Shown: one piece after another, positions 12,695 to 27,009 of the stretch
Numbering within the stretch: position 1 is the first letter of the stretch
Layout of the letters: every line of letters begins with the position of its first letter
Origin: Eledone cirrhosa
Lineage: Eukaryota
NCBI GenBank assembly: GCA_964016885.1
Contig: OZ024742.1
Location: 115,010,001-115,074,000 of the forward strand
DNA: 64,000 nt
Direction of reading: 5' to 3'
Position numbers and translations under genes: made by a program
Notes under the pieces: model-generated
Databases searched by the model: none
Told to the model about the DNA's origin: nothing
What the model saw: only the letters and a program-made list of their open reading frames with translations

Positions 12695-12814
12695 TTATTT
12701 TGATAAATATTTGGTCTACGGTTCTTATATATTTGATATATATTTATCCTTATCGAGCACTCTTTGGATTTTAGTCATCAATATTATTATTATTACTATT
12801 ATTATTATTATTAT

Positions 12815-12854
<40 letters not shown>

Positions 12855-12921
12855 CGTTATTCCGGGTTGAATCGGAGGTAACCACAGTAAGTAAGGTACT
12901 CAATACATAGCAGAGTATAAC

Positions 12922-13000
12922 AGTTTTAATATAGATGAGATTCCTGATGATTTCTAATGAATGAAACAGTTCTAGTCCTGTAGAATCTCATCTATATTAA

Positions 13001-13004
<4 letters not shown>
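12922..13004 (+). ncRNA. Type I HHR with canonical core and perfect 22 bp stem I, in a ~150 bp insertion (12853-13004)
   Basis: agttttaatatagatgagattc CTGATGA tttctaatgaat GAAA cag ttctagtc ctg TA gaatctcatctatattaaaact. Confidence 0.88.
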
Positions 13005-13070
<66 letters not shown>

Positions 13071-14869
13071 TTAAGGGTACTATTTATGGTTATGTATGCA
13101 ATAAAAACTTTAATGGTAATATATTATATATACACAAACCCTAAATAGTGAGAGATAGTCATTAATTACTATCCTATTACCAGTAAGATAAATAGCTCAA
13201 TGTAATAACATCAGTTGTTTTACAGAGCAGTTTTATAGAGATTACAGTAATCAAAGTTCAGTTTAAGTCATTTATTTGCTTACAATTGTTTCCTCCAAAC
13301 CGAGGTTTGAGTTCTTCGGAGCAACTATTTATAACATACTTGACCTCCTTTTCAACCCAAGAGACACATAAAACATATGTGCATATTGATCGACAGTGGG
13401 GTGACATTCATCAAATGATATAGCATGGCAATTTACATATAAAGATTACAGGATAAAAATAAAATAAAAACAAGAGTGAAAATAAAGATAAACATGAAGC
13501 GTTGGCAGTCTATGAAGATAAAGCAAGAGGAAAGCTTAGAGTAGTCAGTGTATGAAACAATCTCCCGTGTAGCATGCACGCGTGTCTTATCTATACATGA
13601 TTAGAGTGCGTCAGAATGATATTTGCAGGGTCAGGCAGTTGAAGCAGGTAATCGATCTTATTATGTAGGCTGAATTATTAAGTCATTTATTCTCATACAT
13701 CTGTATGATATACACTCTCGGATACGGGGAAACACCAAAATATCAAAAACATCAAAAACCTTCAACATACTATAAACCTTATTGTATCGTAGGCAAGGCC
13801 GTACCACTGTCCTTGCTCACACCACCACACACATAATCCATGAGACGCAATATATATATAGAGAACACGCGTCTATCGTATAATTCGCGGTGGTTCAGCA
13901 TATAGTCAAGCTATAAACGGTATCCAGTCGGTTCTTAATTAATATATCATGCTGTCCAGATTCCGGAAGTGCCTGAATGACTAAGGGGAATTAATGCGTA
14001 AGGGGAGATAACTAGCTAGTTATCTTAGTTACAATACTATGCTAAACTACATTAATGGTGATTCAAATACGTGCCCATCATGTGAAGTTATAACTAATAT
14101 CTAGAGTATGTTACCCATTTATAGGTTAGAGAGTTGTCCATTAAGAAGTACAGGGTGTATATATTAGGATGATTACCATCCATTAATTAAGGGGTGTCAT
14201 ATCTGAACGTTCTATAAGAGGAGTCAGACTCTCAAGTCACTGCTCCATGCAAATGTAATATAACAGTAGGACCTGGTATGGTCCCACTATTATATATGCC
14301 ACCCGGTAGGCTCCGGGTCATTGCCTGCCTGCATCTCCAGTAAATCTTCGGTATGGTCCGGAGGTCCAATCTCTCATATAAATGCACTAGTCTGGCCATC
14401 AAGCAATAGACAACCCCCGTCTCAAATATAAATCAATTATGTATCACATCTACAAGCTAGAGTGGAGTCTATTAATAGGTACTAAAGGAGTCCACATCAA
14501 GATGATTACGTGCATAACTCATTGAACTGATCGCTTACAGTATATAATCACTTAACAATACGATTATCTATCTAATCATCAATCTATCTCTTGGTGGTAT
14601 TCCATGCACAGGACTATGCTATCGCAACCAGTACCGTGTCCCCAATTTATACTAATCTTATATTTGTGCAATGCAGAATAAGTAGTCCACGGTCGAGATA
14701 TCAGTATTAGAGGTACAAGGGGGTATTCCCAGGGTAGGTGGTACTAAAATGCTGTCAGTATTATCTTTAGAGTATAGAGATGGGTGTGGATGTGAGGTGT
14801 AAGGTGTGCTACTGATGTTAATTGCTAGGGGTGGTGCCGGTTCCAGTCTGACATTATTATATATAGGGT

Positions 14870-17270
14870 TTAAAGTTTTGGAACGAGTGTCGGAAGCGGT
14901 GTTGGCAATTTGCGAACACTTCTGATTTTTTATTAAGGAGATTATGTTTAGAGAAGATGATAGTATGGGTCTCTAGTAGACAGAGGTTACAAAATGTATC
15001 AGGTGGTTTGTACTATGTTGCACTACCTACCACTTCCCATTTAAGTGTATATATATTATTTTTAGTTTTTAGATAGTGTATGTAGCTAGGTAGTGAAGTG
15101 GAGTTGGCTAGACTGTGTTTTCAGAAGAGCTGTTAGTTGTGACTGTACATGAGTATATGATATCCTTGGTTAAGCATTTTTTATCTAAAGGGCAGGTTCT
15201 ACTTGATCTACAGTTACAATTACTCTGGGTGCTAGTCTGCCGGTTACTATGCTGTGTAGAAGTTTGGATGTTAGCTATAGGGTTATTGTTATGCGGGTTG
15301 AGGTACGCAGCGTTAATGTTTACACTAGTGCAATTACTATTATTTCCATTGATATTATGGTTATTTGTTATAATGTTACTTTGACTGTTATTTTGAGTGT
15401 TATTTTGAAGGTTTATCGACCGTTGTGGTTTAGTTTGTTGGAAGTAAGAATTAACTTTTCTTTTATTTGTACTAGCTATGTGGTAAGCTAAGTTAGGCGT
15501 AGTAGAGTATGAGATCTTAATAGTGTTTTTGTTTAAAAGGCCGTGGTACCTGTGGCCGGATGGGAAGTGTTTATCTAGTAGTGAGAAGAAAGCCCTAGGA
15601 AGGTTGGTAGAGACGTTTAAATTGAAAGGAGGGTTGACAAATGTATTATTTGTTCTTCTATTTCTGATTTTATGTCTGGTGATTTGTTTCCTTTAATGTT
15701 CCTATGGTCATTTCTGTGGTGCGGGTTACTCTTGTTGTTACAATCCCTATTAGTGTGTGTGCAGTAGCTATTCCTATTATTAAATTTTCCCATGGACATG
15801 TTGTGTGAAATGATGTTGTAGCTTTGTGTTTTTGTAGGTAGGAACTCTATCCCTGTATTATGGCCTGATCTAGCTAATGCCTGATTATAATACTGCGAGT
15901 TATTGTTAAATGTGTTTATGTCATAAGATAGATTAGAGATTCTATTAGATACTCCCTTAGAGATAGAGTTCAATATAGATTTAGGGTGGTTAGACTTGGT
16001 ATCTACGTAGATGAGTTTTTCATTAGGTTTGTGGAAAGGTGCATATATCATTGAGTCTAAGTAGAGTGTGGCGTCTAGGAAGTGACGTTTTTGGTGTTTT
16101 TGTCCATGGTAATACTAAGGTTAAAGTTTTTGAATGTTTTGTGCAATAGTTTTCTAGTCCTTTCTATATTGAATTTTTTATAGTCTATAAGTAGAAGTGC
16201 ATCGTCGCGATACAAACCACCGCTGAGGTACGGAAGTTCCCTGTGGATTAGGTTAAGTAAGTATAGGCCAACCAAATCAGTGACCTGCGCCGAGTCACTA
16301 GACCCCATAGTAATGTCGAAGTTGTTTTGCGTATCCTTGCGGGTCCATAATTGGTCCTCAAAGGTGATTATTGTTTTACGGGCCGCAAGTATGACATCAA
16401 TCTGGGGTCTAGTCAAATCACTATTGTCCATGGCCATTATAAGTGCCTTATTTAGTAGGATAGGGGTAATAGAGGTGTAGTAAGAGTTGATATCAAATTG
16501 AATAAATTTGTTATCCTTGTTATCTATGATATTTTTGAACCATTCAATCAGCTCACCCGTATTTCCCCATTGCTTATGGTAAATCTTGTGTTTAATCTGT
16601 GGGATGATTTTGTCTAGGATCTTTTTACTGATAATGCCAATGTCAGACCTGGAGGGGCAGATTAGTCTAATCGAGGGGTTGCTAATGAAGTCTACCTTAT
16701 GGTCCTTCAGAGAGAATCTAGGGGGGTTTGGGGTGTAAGGTTGTGTATGTCTCTGGAGCCCTAGCTTGGATACTATATTATAGCCTTCCATATTAATATC
16801 TTCTAAGTTTTTCATAGTGGTTTTCTTGTAGCTTTTATGTAGTTCATTATATATAAACTTTCTATACGTATTATAATCTAGGCTGTATATGTTATTAGTT
16901 TTGTCGGCATGTACAAAAATGTTACTACTAGTTTTGAAGTCATTAATAGAGGTGCTAAGTTTGTTTAAGAAGGTGTTGTTTTTATTATGGTGTTTTTTGT
17001 ATTTAATGTTTTTAACTAGTTTAATTAGGTCGTTTTCGAAGAGGTTTAGTAGTGTGTTATGAGGGGGCTTCTAAATGTTTTAAAGCCGAAGGAGTCAAAT
17101 TTGTTGGTGTTATTATCCTTGCCAGATTTGTTTCTATCATAATGGAATGTCCTCCATCTCACTCTATTGATAAAGGAGTTTACACTGTTGATGAACAACT
17201 TTTCATATGTATTTTTGGTTGGTAAAGGTATATTCTTGGTTGACATAGGGAGTTGGTCTTTGATCAGCAT
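14870..17270 (-). pseudogene. PLE RT/GIY-YIG, frameshifted
   Basis: ORFs 17046-17270 (FINRVRWR), 16075-16815 (FIQFDINSYY, ITMGSSDSAQ, LYRDDAL) and 15617-16051 (SNHP). Decayed CNCRSSRTCPL linker near 15190-15220. Confidence 0.9.
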
Positions 17271-17853
17271 GCTGGTAATTTATGGTATATCAGCTTAACA
17301 AAATGGAGCAGTTATTAGTATTAAGGGTACTATTTATGGTTATGTATGCAATAAAACCTTTAATTGTAATATATTATATATACACAAACCCTAAATAGTG
17401 AGAGATAGTCATTAATTACTATCCTATTACCAGTAAATAAATAGCTCAATGTAATAACATCAGTTGTTTTACAGAGCAGTTATATAGAGATTACAGTAAT
17501 CAAAGTTCAGTTTAAGTCATTTATTTGCTTACAATTGTTTCCTCCAAACCGAGGTTTGGATTCTTCGGGGCAACTAATCATGTATAGATAAGACACGCGT
17601 GCATGCTACACGGGAGATTGCTTCATACACTGACTACTCTAAGCTTTCCTCTTGCTTTATCTTCATAGACTGCCAACGCTTCATGTTTATCTTTATTTTC
17701 ACTCTTGTTTTTATTTTATTTTTATCCTGTAACCTTTATATGTAAATTGCCATGCTATATCATTTGATGAATGTCACCCCACTGTTGATCAATATGCACA
17801 TATGTTTTATGTGTCTCTTGGGTTGAAAAGGAGGTCAAGTATGTTATAAATAG

Positions 17854-17902
17854 TTGCTCCGAAGAACCCAAACCTCGGTTTGGAGGAAACAATTGTAAGC
17901 AA
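17854..17902 (+). ncRNA. Type I HHR with CCGAAGA (U4C) core; copies at 13276-13324(-) and 17525-17573(-)
   Basis: ttgct CCGAAGA acccaaac ctcg gtttggag GAAA caattg TA agcaa. Stem III palindrome ACAATTGT. Confidence 0.8.
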
Positions 17903-17936
17903 ATAAATGACTTAAACTGAACTTTGATTACTGTAA

Positions 17937-18010
<74 letters not shown>

Positions 18011-18239
18011 GATAAAGATAATAATGACAAAAATAAAAACAAAGAAGGGAGTGAGGAAGAAGAAAAGAAAAGATAGCCAAGAAGGGGAGGGAAGGAAGGA
18101 AGAAAACGAAGAAGTAGAATAGGAATGAGGGAGAAGAGAGAGATATATGCATTCGTTGTGTGTGTAATTAAAAGGGTTTAGGTACAACAAGAGGGTATAA
18201 AGTCTATGTATATGCAGTTTGTCAGTTGGTAGTAAGAGG

Positions 18240-20518
18240 TTAAGGGTTCGTTTTGTAGTGCGAAAACTTCTCTTTGAGTCTATGGTTACAAAAAATTAAT
18301 CTTTCGATTTTATTGTTGAGTAACCTATTCTTCGAACTCAAGATGTGGAACAGCGCAAGGTCGTATAATCGACAGCTTTTCATACCACTCCGATATGGGG
18401 GCGCGTTCGATAATTGTTTCCACTTCAGGGTGTATTGATGGTTACTTTCCCTCAGTTTAAATGTATTCCCAGTCGCTTCGATGTAATACGATTTCTGGAT
18501 GTCTGATTCTACTGTGCATTGGTAAACCATGTTAGACTGTATACATTCATTATGTAATGGACAGGTTTCAGGTAGTTGGCAGTTACAATTCTTGTCATGG
18601 GCAACTTTGGCATTATTGGTGGGATGCGATGCCTGTACAAGTGTGTTACGTTTTGTTTGCCTATTAGCGGGTGGTTGTGTATTAGATATTCTGTTGTGTT
18701 CGGTGGTGATTGTTTTGTTATTGTTGTAAATTTGCGTTTTGGTGTTGTTATGTATGTATCTTTTTAGCGTTAAGCATCTTAATGTATTCCTCTATATTTG
18801 GTGCCGTGGAGTAAGATAGTCTAATAGATTTTGTGTTAAGGATTTTGCTGTATCTATGTGAATCTGGAAAGTGCTTATTTATTATTCTAAAGAAGGTAGA
18901 GGGTAGGTTAGTACTAATAGAGGTGTTAAATATGGGGTTATACCAAATATATTTTCTACTGCGTGACTTGTTTGATTTCGATGTTGTATTTATATTTGCC
19001 GTATACTTTACAGTCCTATGCGTAAGTGAGCGTGTGCGTGTGTTACCGGAGTTTGTGTTATGCGTGTTCGTTTGTGCTTCACGGAGGTTTTCATCTATAT
19101 ATTCTACTCTATCTAAGTGGCCTGCCTTGTCTAATGTGGTATTGTAGTATTCTGCATGTTCTTCGAAGATGTGTCGGTTAGACGAGAGGCGGGAGATCCT
19201 AATGGGTATGCTGCGTGGAATGGATTTAATTATGGATAGTGGGTGGTTTGAGTTACAGTTGATGTATGCTAAGTTTTCATTAATCTTGTGAAAAGGTCTT
19301 ATAAGTCCCGTATTTAGTTTAAGCGTCGCGTCTAGAAAGTTAAGTGTGTTAGTGCTATAATCATACGTTATGCTAAGGCCTAGTTTTCCGAGAGTCTTTC
19401 TAATATTCTTACGGAGTCTTTCTATGCTCTGGTTATTAAGGTTCTTAACTAGGAGAAGGGCGTCGTCTCTGTAGATTCCACCGTGAAGGTTGCTAAACTC
19501 ACTTTGTAAACTCTGGGCTATGTAAATACCTACTAAATCTGTGACTTGAGCCGAGTCGTTAGCCCCCATCGTGATGTCAAAGTTATGTAATCTATCCTTA
19601 CGTTCCCAATAGGCGTTTTCAAATTTAATTATTGTTTTCCTCCCAGCTAATATGATTTTTATCTCGTCGTCTGTTATGTCAGAATTGGCTCTGGCGAATG
19701 CTAAGGTTTTATCCAAGGTGTTGGGGGATATAGATGAGTAATAATCGTTAATGTCAATTTGTATAAATTTAGATACTTCTTTGTTAGCTATATTGTTAAA
19801 CCACTGAATTGTTTCGGTAGCGTTACCCCATAGTTTAATCACTAGTTTATTCTTCATTTGTGCTATCACTCTGTGTAATATATGTTTACTAATTTTTCCG
19901 ATGTCCGATTAGGACGGGCATATAAGTCTAATTGTGGGGTTATAATCAAAATTTACCTCATGGTCCTTGAGGTTAAATGTGGGGTACATGGCCTAAGTGG
20001 CTCCGTTCTGTCGTCTATTCCTAGGTGTTTGACTATATTGTGTGCTTCGTTGTTGATGTTTATCAGTGCCGCCTCATTAGATTTTTGGATTCCCTATGTA
20101 ATTCCTTCCGTATGAAGCTATTGTATGTATTTACATCCATCGTATACACATTTGATGTTTTGTCCGCTTTGACAATAATTCCATTGGTGGTTTGCAGCTT
20201 TTTTAGGAATGTATTCATGTCATTCTGGAGTTTATTATTCCTCCGCTTTTTGAATTTGATATTCATAATCATCTTCAGTAAGTCCTGTTCAAAGGCATCT
20301 AATTGAGGGCTGGTAGGTGGGTTCTTACACGATTTGAAGCCGTATGTTTCCTTGTTGTATTCCACTGTGCGACCATTACGTCCTTTGTCGAAATGGAAAG
20401 TTTTCCATCTAACTCTGCGTATAAAGTCGTTTGTTCGCTGTATCATCCCGAGGCTATAATCCTTTCTCCGAGGTATAGGAGTGTTCTTTAGGAACATACC
20501 TATGTAATGCTTTTCCAT
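18240..20518 (-). pseudogene. PLE RT/GIY-YIG, frameshifted (element ~18000-20900 with an inverted pLTR tail at 20565-20900)
   Basis: ORFs 20063-20518 (FIRRVRWK, ADKTSNVY), 18748-19869 (FIQIDINDYY, ITMGANDSAQ, IYRDDAL, SNHP) and 18240-18530 (MVYQC..YYIEAT..FKLR..NH). Confidence 0.92.
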
Positions 20519-20894
20519 AGTAGTACCGTATGTTTAGGTGGTTGCTCGACCGATAGGAGCCTGTAGTTAGAGAAGCAAACAATTGTTTATTGTGATCCAG
20601 TGCTTGGTTAAGAAAGCCTGTTTCATGGATGGTTTCAACGTACGGTTAGGGGTAACTCCACAAGGTTGTAAGAATTCCGTTCAATCTTGGAGTATAAAGT
20701 ATAACGGTCGTAAATACCTGGATAAAATCCTCCTCTTAATGCTTACCTGTGTTTTCAATTTTATACTTTATACTCCAAGATTGAACGGAATTCGTACAAA
20801 CTTGTGGAGTTACGCCTAACCATACGTTGAAACTATCCATGAAACTGGCTTTCTTAACCAAGAACTGGATCACAATAAGCAATTTATTGCTTCT

Positions 20895-20970
<76 letters not shown>

Positions 20971-20977
<7 letters not shown>

Positions 20978-22450
20978 GAATGAAGATTAACATGGTTGGT
21001 TTACAATAAGGGCTTTATTTAAAGTACTGACAACTGTATGGTTGATCATGTGGGTCTAGAGTTCGCTAAATAAAATCTCAAATTGTAATTACCTACCGAA
21101 TAAGTGCCCACTACGGATTAGATGCCTGGATTCAAGTATGGTATACCTGTGTACTGTGAATTCAGGCAATTCTACCTGGCATTACATAGGTTCTACGGCT
21201 GGGGAGTTCAAGGAAAGGTGGTACGTCCACAGACACTCCATGAAGAAACGTTCACTGGGGAACTCTACGACGCTCGCCAATAAAATCTGGCTGCTTAAGG
21301 ACAGAAACCTAGAATATAAGATTAGCTGATCAACATTATCGGTAGCAAATGCGTACAGCAACGGTATGTCCCACTGCGGGCTTTGTAATTTAAAACCACT
21401 ACATATTTTAGGGTACGATGGGATGCTGCTTAACAGCAAATTGGAAAGATATATTTTCTGTAGACATAAAATAGCTACTAGATTCACAAACTTTAAACCA
21501 CCATGAATTGAACAAGCATTCCCAAAATTAGTACTGCACCACCTAGATTTTAACATACAGAATACACACCATCGTACTGCTGTTAGCTATCTAGCAGCCT
21601 GGTCACTGGATCATAAATCTCTGAACATTTCGTTCACCCTCTCTCCCTGAAACAGCATCAACGCTATTAAGATAGAACAATCAGCAAAACATTTACAATT
21701 AGCGTTTATCAAATGTCCCATCATCCCTAGCCCATACATATCATACATACATCCAGCAATTAATCTCTAATTCATTGTCTCTTTTATCGGACCCTCTACA
21801 CGTATCTATGTACATCTCAAATCTAGTTTCCCACCAACAAATCCTTATGAGAACACGTACTCAAAAACTACTACTATGTACTTACACGCTCTCACGTATT
21901 TATTTATCTCTTTACATTTCTAATTCTCTCATTTTCTTACTTTTTAATGTACCCTATCTTATATCTTACTTTTACTGTTTACATCTGTAACTTCTCTACC
22001 TATTTACCATACATGTATTATTATTGATGTTATTGTTTAGATTATACGGTCTTTTAATATTGATGTTATTCTTTTAATTATACGTGATTTTTCCATTTAA
22101 GTCTTGCCTCGAGTGAATTAATTTCATATCTACGTACTCTGATGTGTTGACCAAGGTTGAATAATGTATTGGAGATCGAATATCGCAACCTCAAGCGATT
22201 AGCGAACTCTAGACCCACATGATCAACGAAACAATTGTCAGTGAATTTAAATAAAGCCCTTATTGTACAGCGAACCATGTTAATCTTCATTCTTTAACTA
22301 TTATTACTCCAAGTATAGCCTGCATAGAAATTACCGCGAACTCGCTGCATAATTATGGAAGCATCTTGTTGAGTAAAAAAAACTATCCACGACGGAGAGA
22401 ACTCACAACCTCTAACTGAATTACCTATCACGATGACTTGTTATCCCATA
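20971..22450 (+). mobile_element. 5'-truncated PLE (GIY-YIG remnant ~21080-21506) with a short inverted arm 20971-21069
   Basis: MVYLCTV..YIGSTAGEFKERWYVH. 20971-21069 is the reverse complement of 22200-22298. Confidence 0.88.
22134..22244 (+). ncRNA. Type I HHR-like motif with ~70 nt stem II insertion
   Basis: gtact CTGATGT gttga..tcaac GAAA caattg TC agtga (agtac in the inverted arm). A9 is mutated. Confidence 0.62.
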
Positions 22451-22454
22451 TATA

Positions 22455-22528
<74 letters not shown>

Positions 22529-22656
22529 TAACATATTAAAATGTAACCAAGGAATCACTGCTTTCACACTTAACGGGATCTCATGAAATATGTTTGATAT
22601 ATATTTATCCTTATCGAGCACTCTCTGGTTTTTAGTCTTTACATTTATTATTATTA

Positions 22657-22720
<64 letters not shown>

Positions 22721-25129
22721 TATGTGTGTGTAAGGGCATTTATATTTGTGTTGGAATTTCTATCTCTGTGTATGTCTACAAAAGCGTGTGTGTGTGATTT
22801 CACTTTTGAACAGATGAATCGTATTGCTATTTGTTTTGATGATTGAAACAGTAGTATGGCCAATAATTACTGCTAATATATTTGAAGACAAGATTATTTT
22901 TGGTTTAAAACACTTCCATAGTGATTGATTACTTTAGGCTCTAACAAAATAATTACAGGTTCAAAGTATCTATATATGAATCATCGCACTTATTACTAAA
23001 ATAACATAAAAGTTGGTTTTTATGTCCATTTTCTATCTAAAAGTAGCGCGGCTTGGTTATGTTCATATATACTGCTGTTTACACTGGTCTGTGAAGAATA
23101 TTTTTATCTTTATTTTTTGTAATACCAGGATGGTCTACTAAATGCAAATTATCTCAAATAAAGTAACAAGAGAATATATTATGTAAAATAGATATAAATG
23201 ATTGTTGGTCGACTTAATTCAATGGTGTACCAAACAGGGGTACATTTCACCTACTCACTGGGTATATTTGCTCTCATGTATACATATATTTACGTCTAAA
23301 TTTGATTAAAAACTGTTACGATCTCTCATATCTTATTTATTAAAGTGCCAATTTTCGTATTTCTCAGGTTTTCGACCTAATGACATATATGCGTCTCATT
23401 TATTGATATCGTCAGTTCAAGTGAATAATGCTTATAAGTAGTGGTATCCGTTCATAACAAGCTGTTTATAAATAAGTGGCATAACGTTATTTTGTGCTAT
23501 TATTGTTACCTGACACCCAACTAATAACGTTAATGTCAGTATTCAATAATCCCCTTTTTGATGGTTGCTGTATTGTCACAAATCATGATGGAGTGAATTT
23601 AACTTAGCTTGTTGCTTTATTTCGACCAGGTCTATGTTGCGAGAGAAAAATTATGATGAGAGGCATTTCCCCTCATACCACGCCGGTCTTAAAGTATATG
23701 AGAAATTGTTGCAGGTTTAGGTGTGATTCTGTATATAGAAAATTTATCAGTAAGTGGACATATCTATTTGAGTGCAGTATATCGATACTGGATACATTTA
23801 TGCATTCATCTGTATAGTAATATCTTTCAACTGGCTTGTTAATGGACTGTCCTCTCGTTATCGATGCCTAAGCGTCATGAGAGTTTGGCGTTGAAGTTCA
23901 TATTTTAGTGATCTTGCCTTCCGGAGACAATGATATTTTTTTGCTAATCAAAGACAAACCGCATCCTACACACACGAAGTGTTTAACATAGACTGCATTA
24001 TTTATCCCATCTTCTAGAGTAGTATTTGTTGAATTGACATTGATCTTAATGCCACCTTGACCTATTTGCCACCACTGAATGTGATCGGACTCATATTACT
24101 TTAATGGTTATACTTGTATTTCCTTGAAATTATTTCTGCCCAAACTTGTAATTGAGATTACACCAAGAAGGCCTCTCTTTTACATATGAAATTAGTGAAA
24201 CAATTGTTCATTTCAGACTCTCCTTCCATGTTAAACCTGGAATATATCTCAGGCATTTCTTGTGACAATTGTCTAGATGGTGATACATTTTCTATGCGGT
24301 GCACCCGATTTTGATTCACACATCAATCTAAAGCCGACTGCGGCACCGTAACATAAAGTATTGGTCTTAAAACTAAAATTGTTCTCATTGGTGATCCTAT
24401 TTTTTATCTTAAAGCTCAAAGGAAACATTAGAATTAATATTACGTCTTACTTTTGGGAAGAACTTGACATAATTTTAAGGCTTGTTATACCAAAGAATTT
24501 GACGTTATGTTTCACTGTCAAGCAGTGTATTTTGGCTTATGTCTTTTCTTTGAATAGGTGTAGATCTTTGCTGGTAAAAAAACGTATTTTTACGTTTTCA
24601 CACTTAATCTGAGGACAACAATTCTTACAGCAGAGAAAAACCGGTTCATGACTCCTTGTATATTCTTTGAAAGGAATGTATTAGGAGAGACATATCACTT
24701 GCAAACATGTAGATTAAAAGTACTTTTTGTCTAGTACGTATCATTACCTTAACATTCAGGAAACTAGGAATCTCATTTGGCATTCTAAATTCAAGGAAAA
24801 AACCATTACTATAATCATGGAAGGCACATTTCAATTTCAAAGAAGGGTAAATAGCAAATATTACTCAACTCTGGCTACTTGGATTTGTCACACAAAAAAA
24901 AAGATCTTATGAAATTCCAACTGACACATCAGAAGCTTGCAAGTTTTCATGGAACGGTTTTATAACAGTCAGCATCTTATACAAACTTAGTAGATTTATT
25001 AGATTGTTGAGAATAACTCGAGCAATGTTCTTGGTCACCACACACAAACACATACACAAACACACGTAAGATTGCACGCTCTTTCTGACAAACACACACT
25101 CACACTCACACCCACAAACACACACACAG

Positions 25130-25168
<39 letters not shown>

Positions 25169-25238
25169 ATTGGGGTGGGGTGCTTAAAGCGTCCGTAAGT
25201 GTTAGGACGTTTGAGCACTTGATGTTCTTACAGAGCAG

Positions 25239-25698
25239 TGTATAATATCACATAAAAAACGGAGAATCAGTGTTGCATCGGATAACATTTATTAGACATA
25301 TTACAATCATTTCTCTGTCGACCAGCTCGAGGCACGATTGATGTAATGATCGAACCTGGCTCTGAAATCGCAAGGTCGTCAGATGCGTCTCGATTCTACG
25401 AAGCTGAGTTTCCAAATGTCCAGTTGCACCCGCGGCCCACCCTTGTTGTCATTCTATGAGTGGCCAAGAATTGTACACGCCATCGGTATTTTTGGCCACT
25501 CATCACCGTCCTATATTTGGTCCCTTTCATTCGCCCCCTGTTAATCAATGTTGTTTCTTAAATCGGAATTACTGCTGTAGGAGGTAAAGGGGTTGTATGA
25601 TTGAACCGCTCGCGCTCTGTCGCCGCCCTCTCCATCTGTAGTCGCCCTCACCCATGTCCATGTTTCACGCTGGCGTGATACATACGGGCACTTATACA
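25239..25698 (-). mobile_element. Probable lone LTR
   Basis: TGTATAA...TTATACA termini, AATAAA on the minus strand near 25290, and an adjacent purine run (ccccc on plus) resembling a PPT. No TSD seen. Confidence 0.45.
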
Positions 25699-27009
25699 CC
25701 CCCAACGATCACATACACACCCGCAACTGTATTATATGCGACAATCACAGTACATATTGAATATGTAGCGAATACTTATAAATAATATTTAAAAGAATGG
25801 AAATATATTTAACAGAACGTTTCAGAAAGAACACACCCTCAAAATACCCTAAAAAACACACATTTCAAATAGAAAAACCACGTACAAAGAACGTTTGTAA
25901 AAGAATGGTTGAAATAGCCTTTCAAAAAAGTTAATTCAAAGGTATTTTTGATAAATATACACATATCTACACACACAAACTGTACTCAGGAAAGCGTATA
26001 TAGTTAAGATGCTGCACATATATACAGATGAAAAAATGTAAGATCTACACATACACATGCATGTAAGATCTACACTTACACAGACATGTTCATACAAATA
26101 TATCCACCTAACATGTATGCATGTGTGCGTGGACACACATATCTACATGTACTGGCGCATGGGCATGATTATACATCTCAAAATCAGCACATATTTGATG
26201 AATACCTACACATCCACACACACACGCAACTGTGCACATGGCGCATAAAATATCATATGAAACAACATTCTTGAGGCTTGGACCCAACCCATTCATGTGG
26301 CGATATAAGCCTGAAAGTGTATGCACAATGTGTATAAATGTAATAGCTACAAAGTAGCCATGCCCTAATCACAGATAACATGGGTGGCACCTATATATAA
26401 ATGCGTGTACATACATAAAATAAAATAAAATAAAATAAGACAAAATAAAATACTGGAAAAAGGAATGTATACATGGCAAAAATACAGAGGGGGTATCTGT
26501 TCACGCCACCGGGACATTATCGGGATGTGCATAAAGTTGCATAAAATACTTGAAGACTGTGGTGCATAGGGTCATATAAGATACAGAGGGACTGCCAATC
26601 AAAGGGACTAAGTTAGATACTGCACATCAACCATGCACATGAGACAGGTTTCATGAACAGTGGACACAGGGGACATTGTGTACATACACAAACAAGATAT
26701 ATCTATTGTGAATGTGTAGAATATCGTTTTCATAATAGTATATATGAAATGTACATGGAATTGATGCATACATGGAACATATTGTGAATGTATAGAACAT
26801 GTGTTTCATAACACTATATATGAAATGTATATGGAATGGATGCATAAGTGGAATATACCAGCGGATTGGGTTTTAGGCGTGTAGATAGCAACGGCAGGCA
26901 AAGTTAGAATTAACTGCCACACTAACCTTAAGACCAGCATCAAGTCCAACATCAAGAGTATGAACATGTTTGGTACGCACTCATCAGATAAAATATAAGT
27001 GTTGTTTTA

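Larger units (their letters stand above)
10919..12790. mobile_element. 5'-truncated PLE with inverted arm (10919-11347 vs 12272-12705)
   Basis: ~430 bp inverted repeat enclosing a GIY-YIG C-terminal fragment and 3' UTR. (TA)n flanks. Confidence 0.88.
13067..17940 (-). mobile_element. Near full-length PLE with two direct pLTRs (13067-13330, 17318-17576) and an inverted 3' segment (17578-17940)
   Basis: Direct and inverted repeats read directly. RT/EN remnants lie between them. Confidence 0.92.

Noticed and set aside
23500-24950. Coding-looking minus-strand stretch
   Set aside because: Many stops and no recognisable motif; could be a decayed element but cannot be supported.
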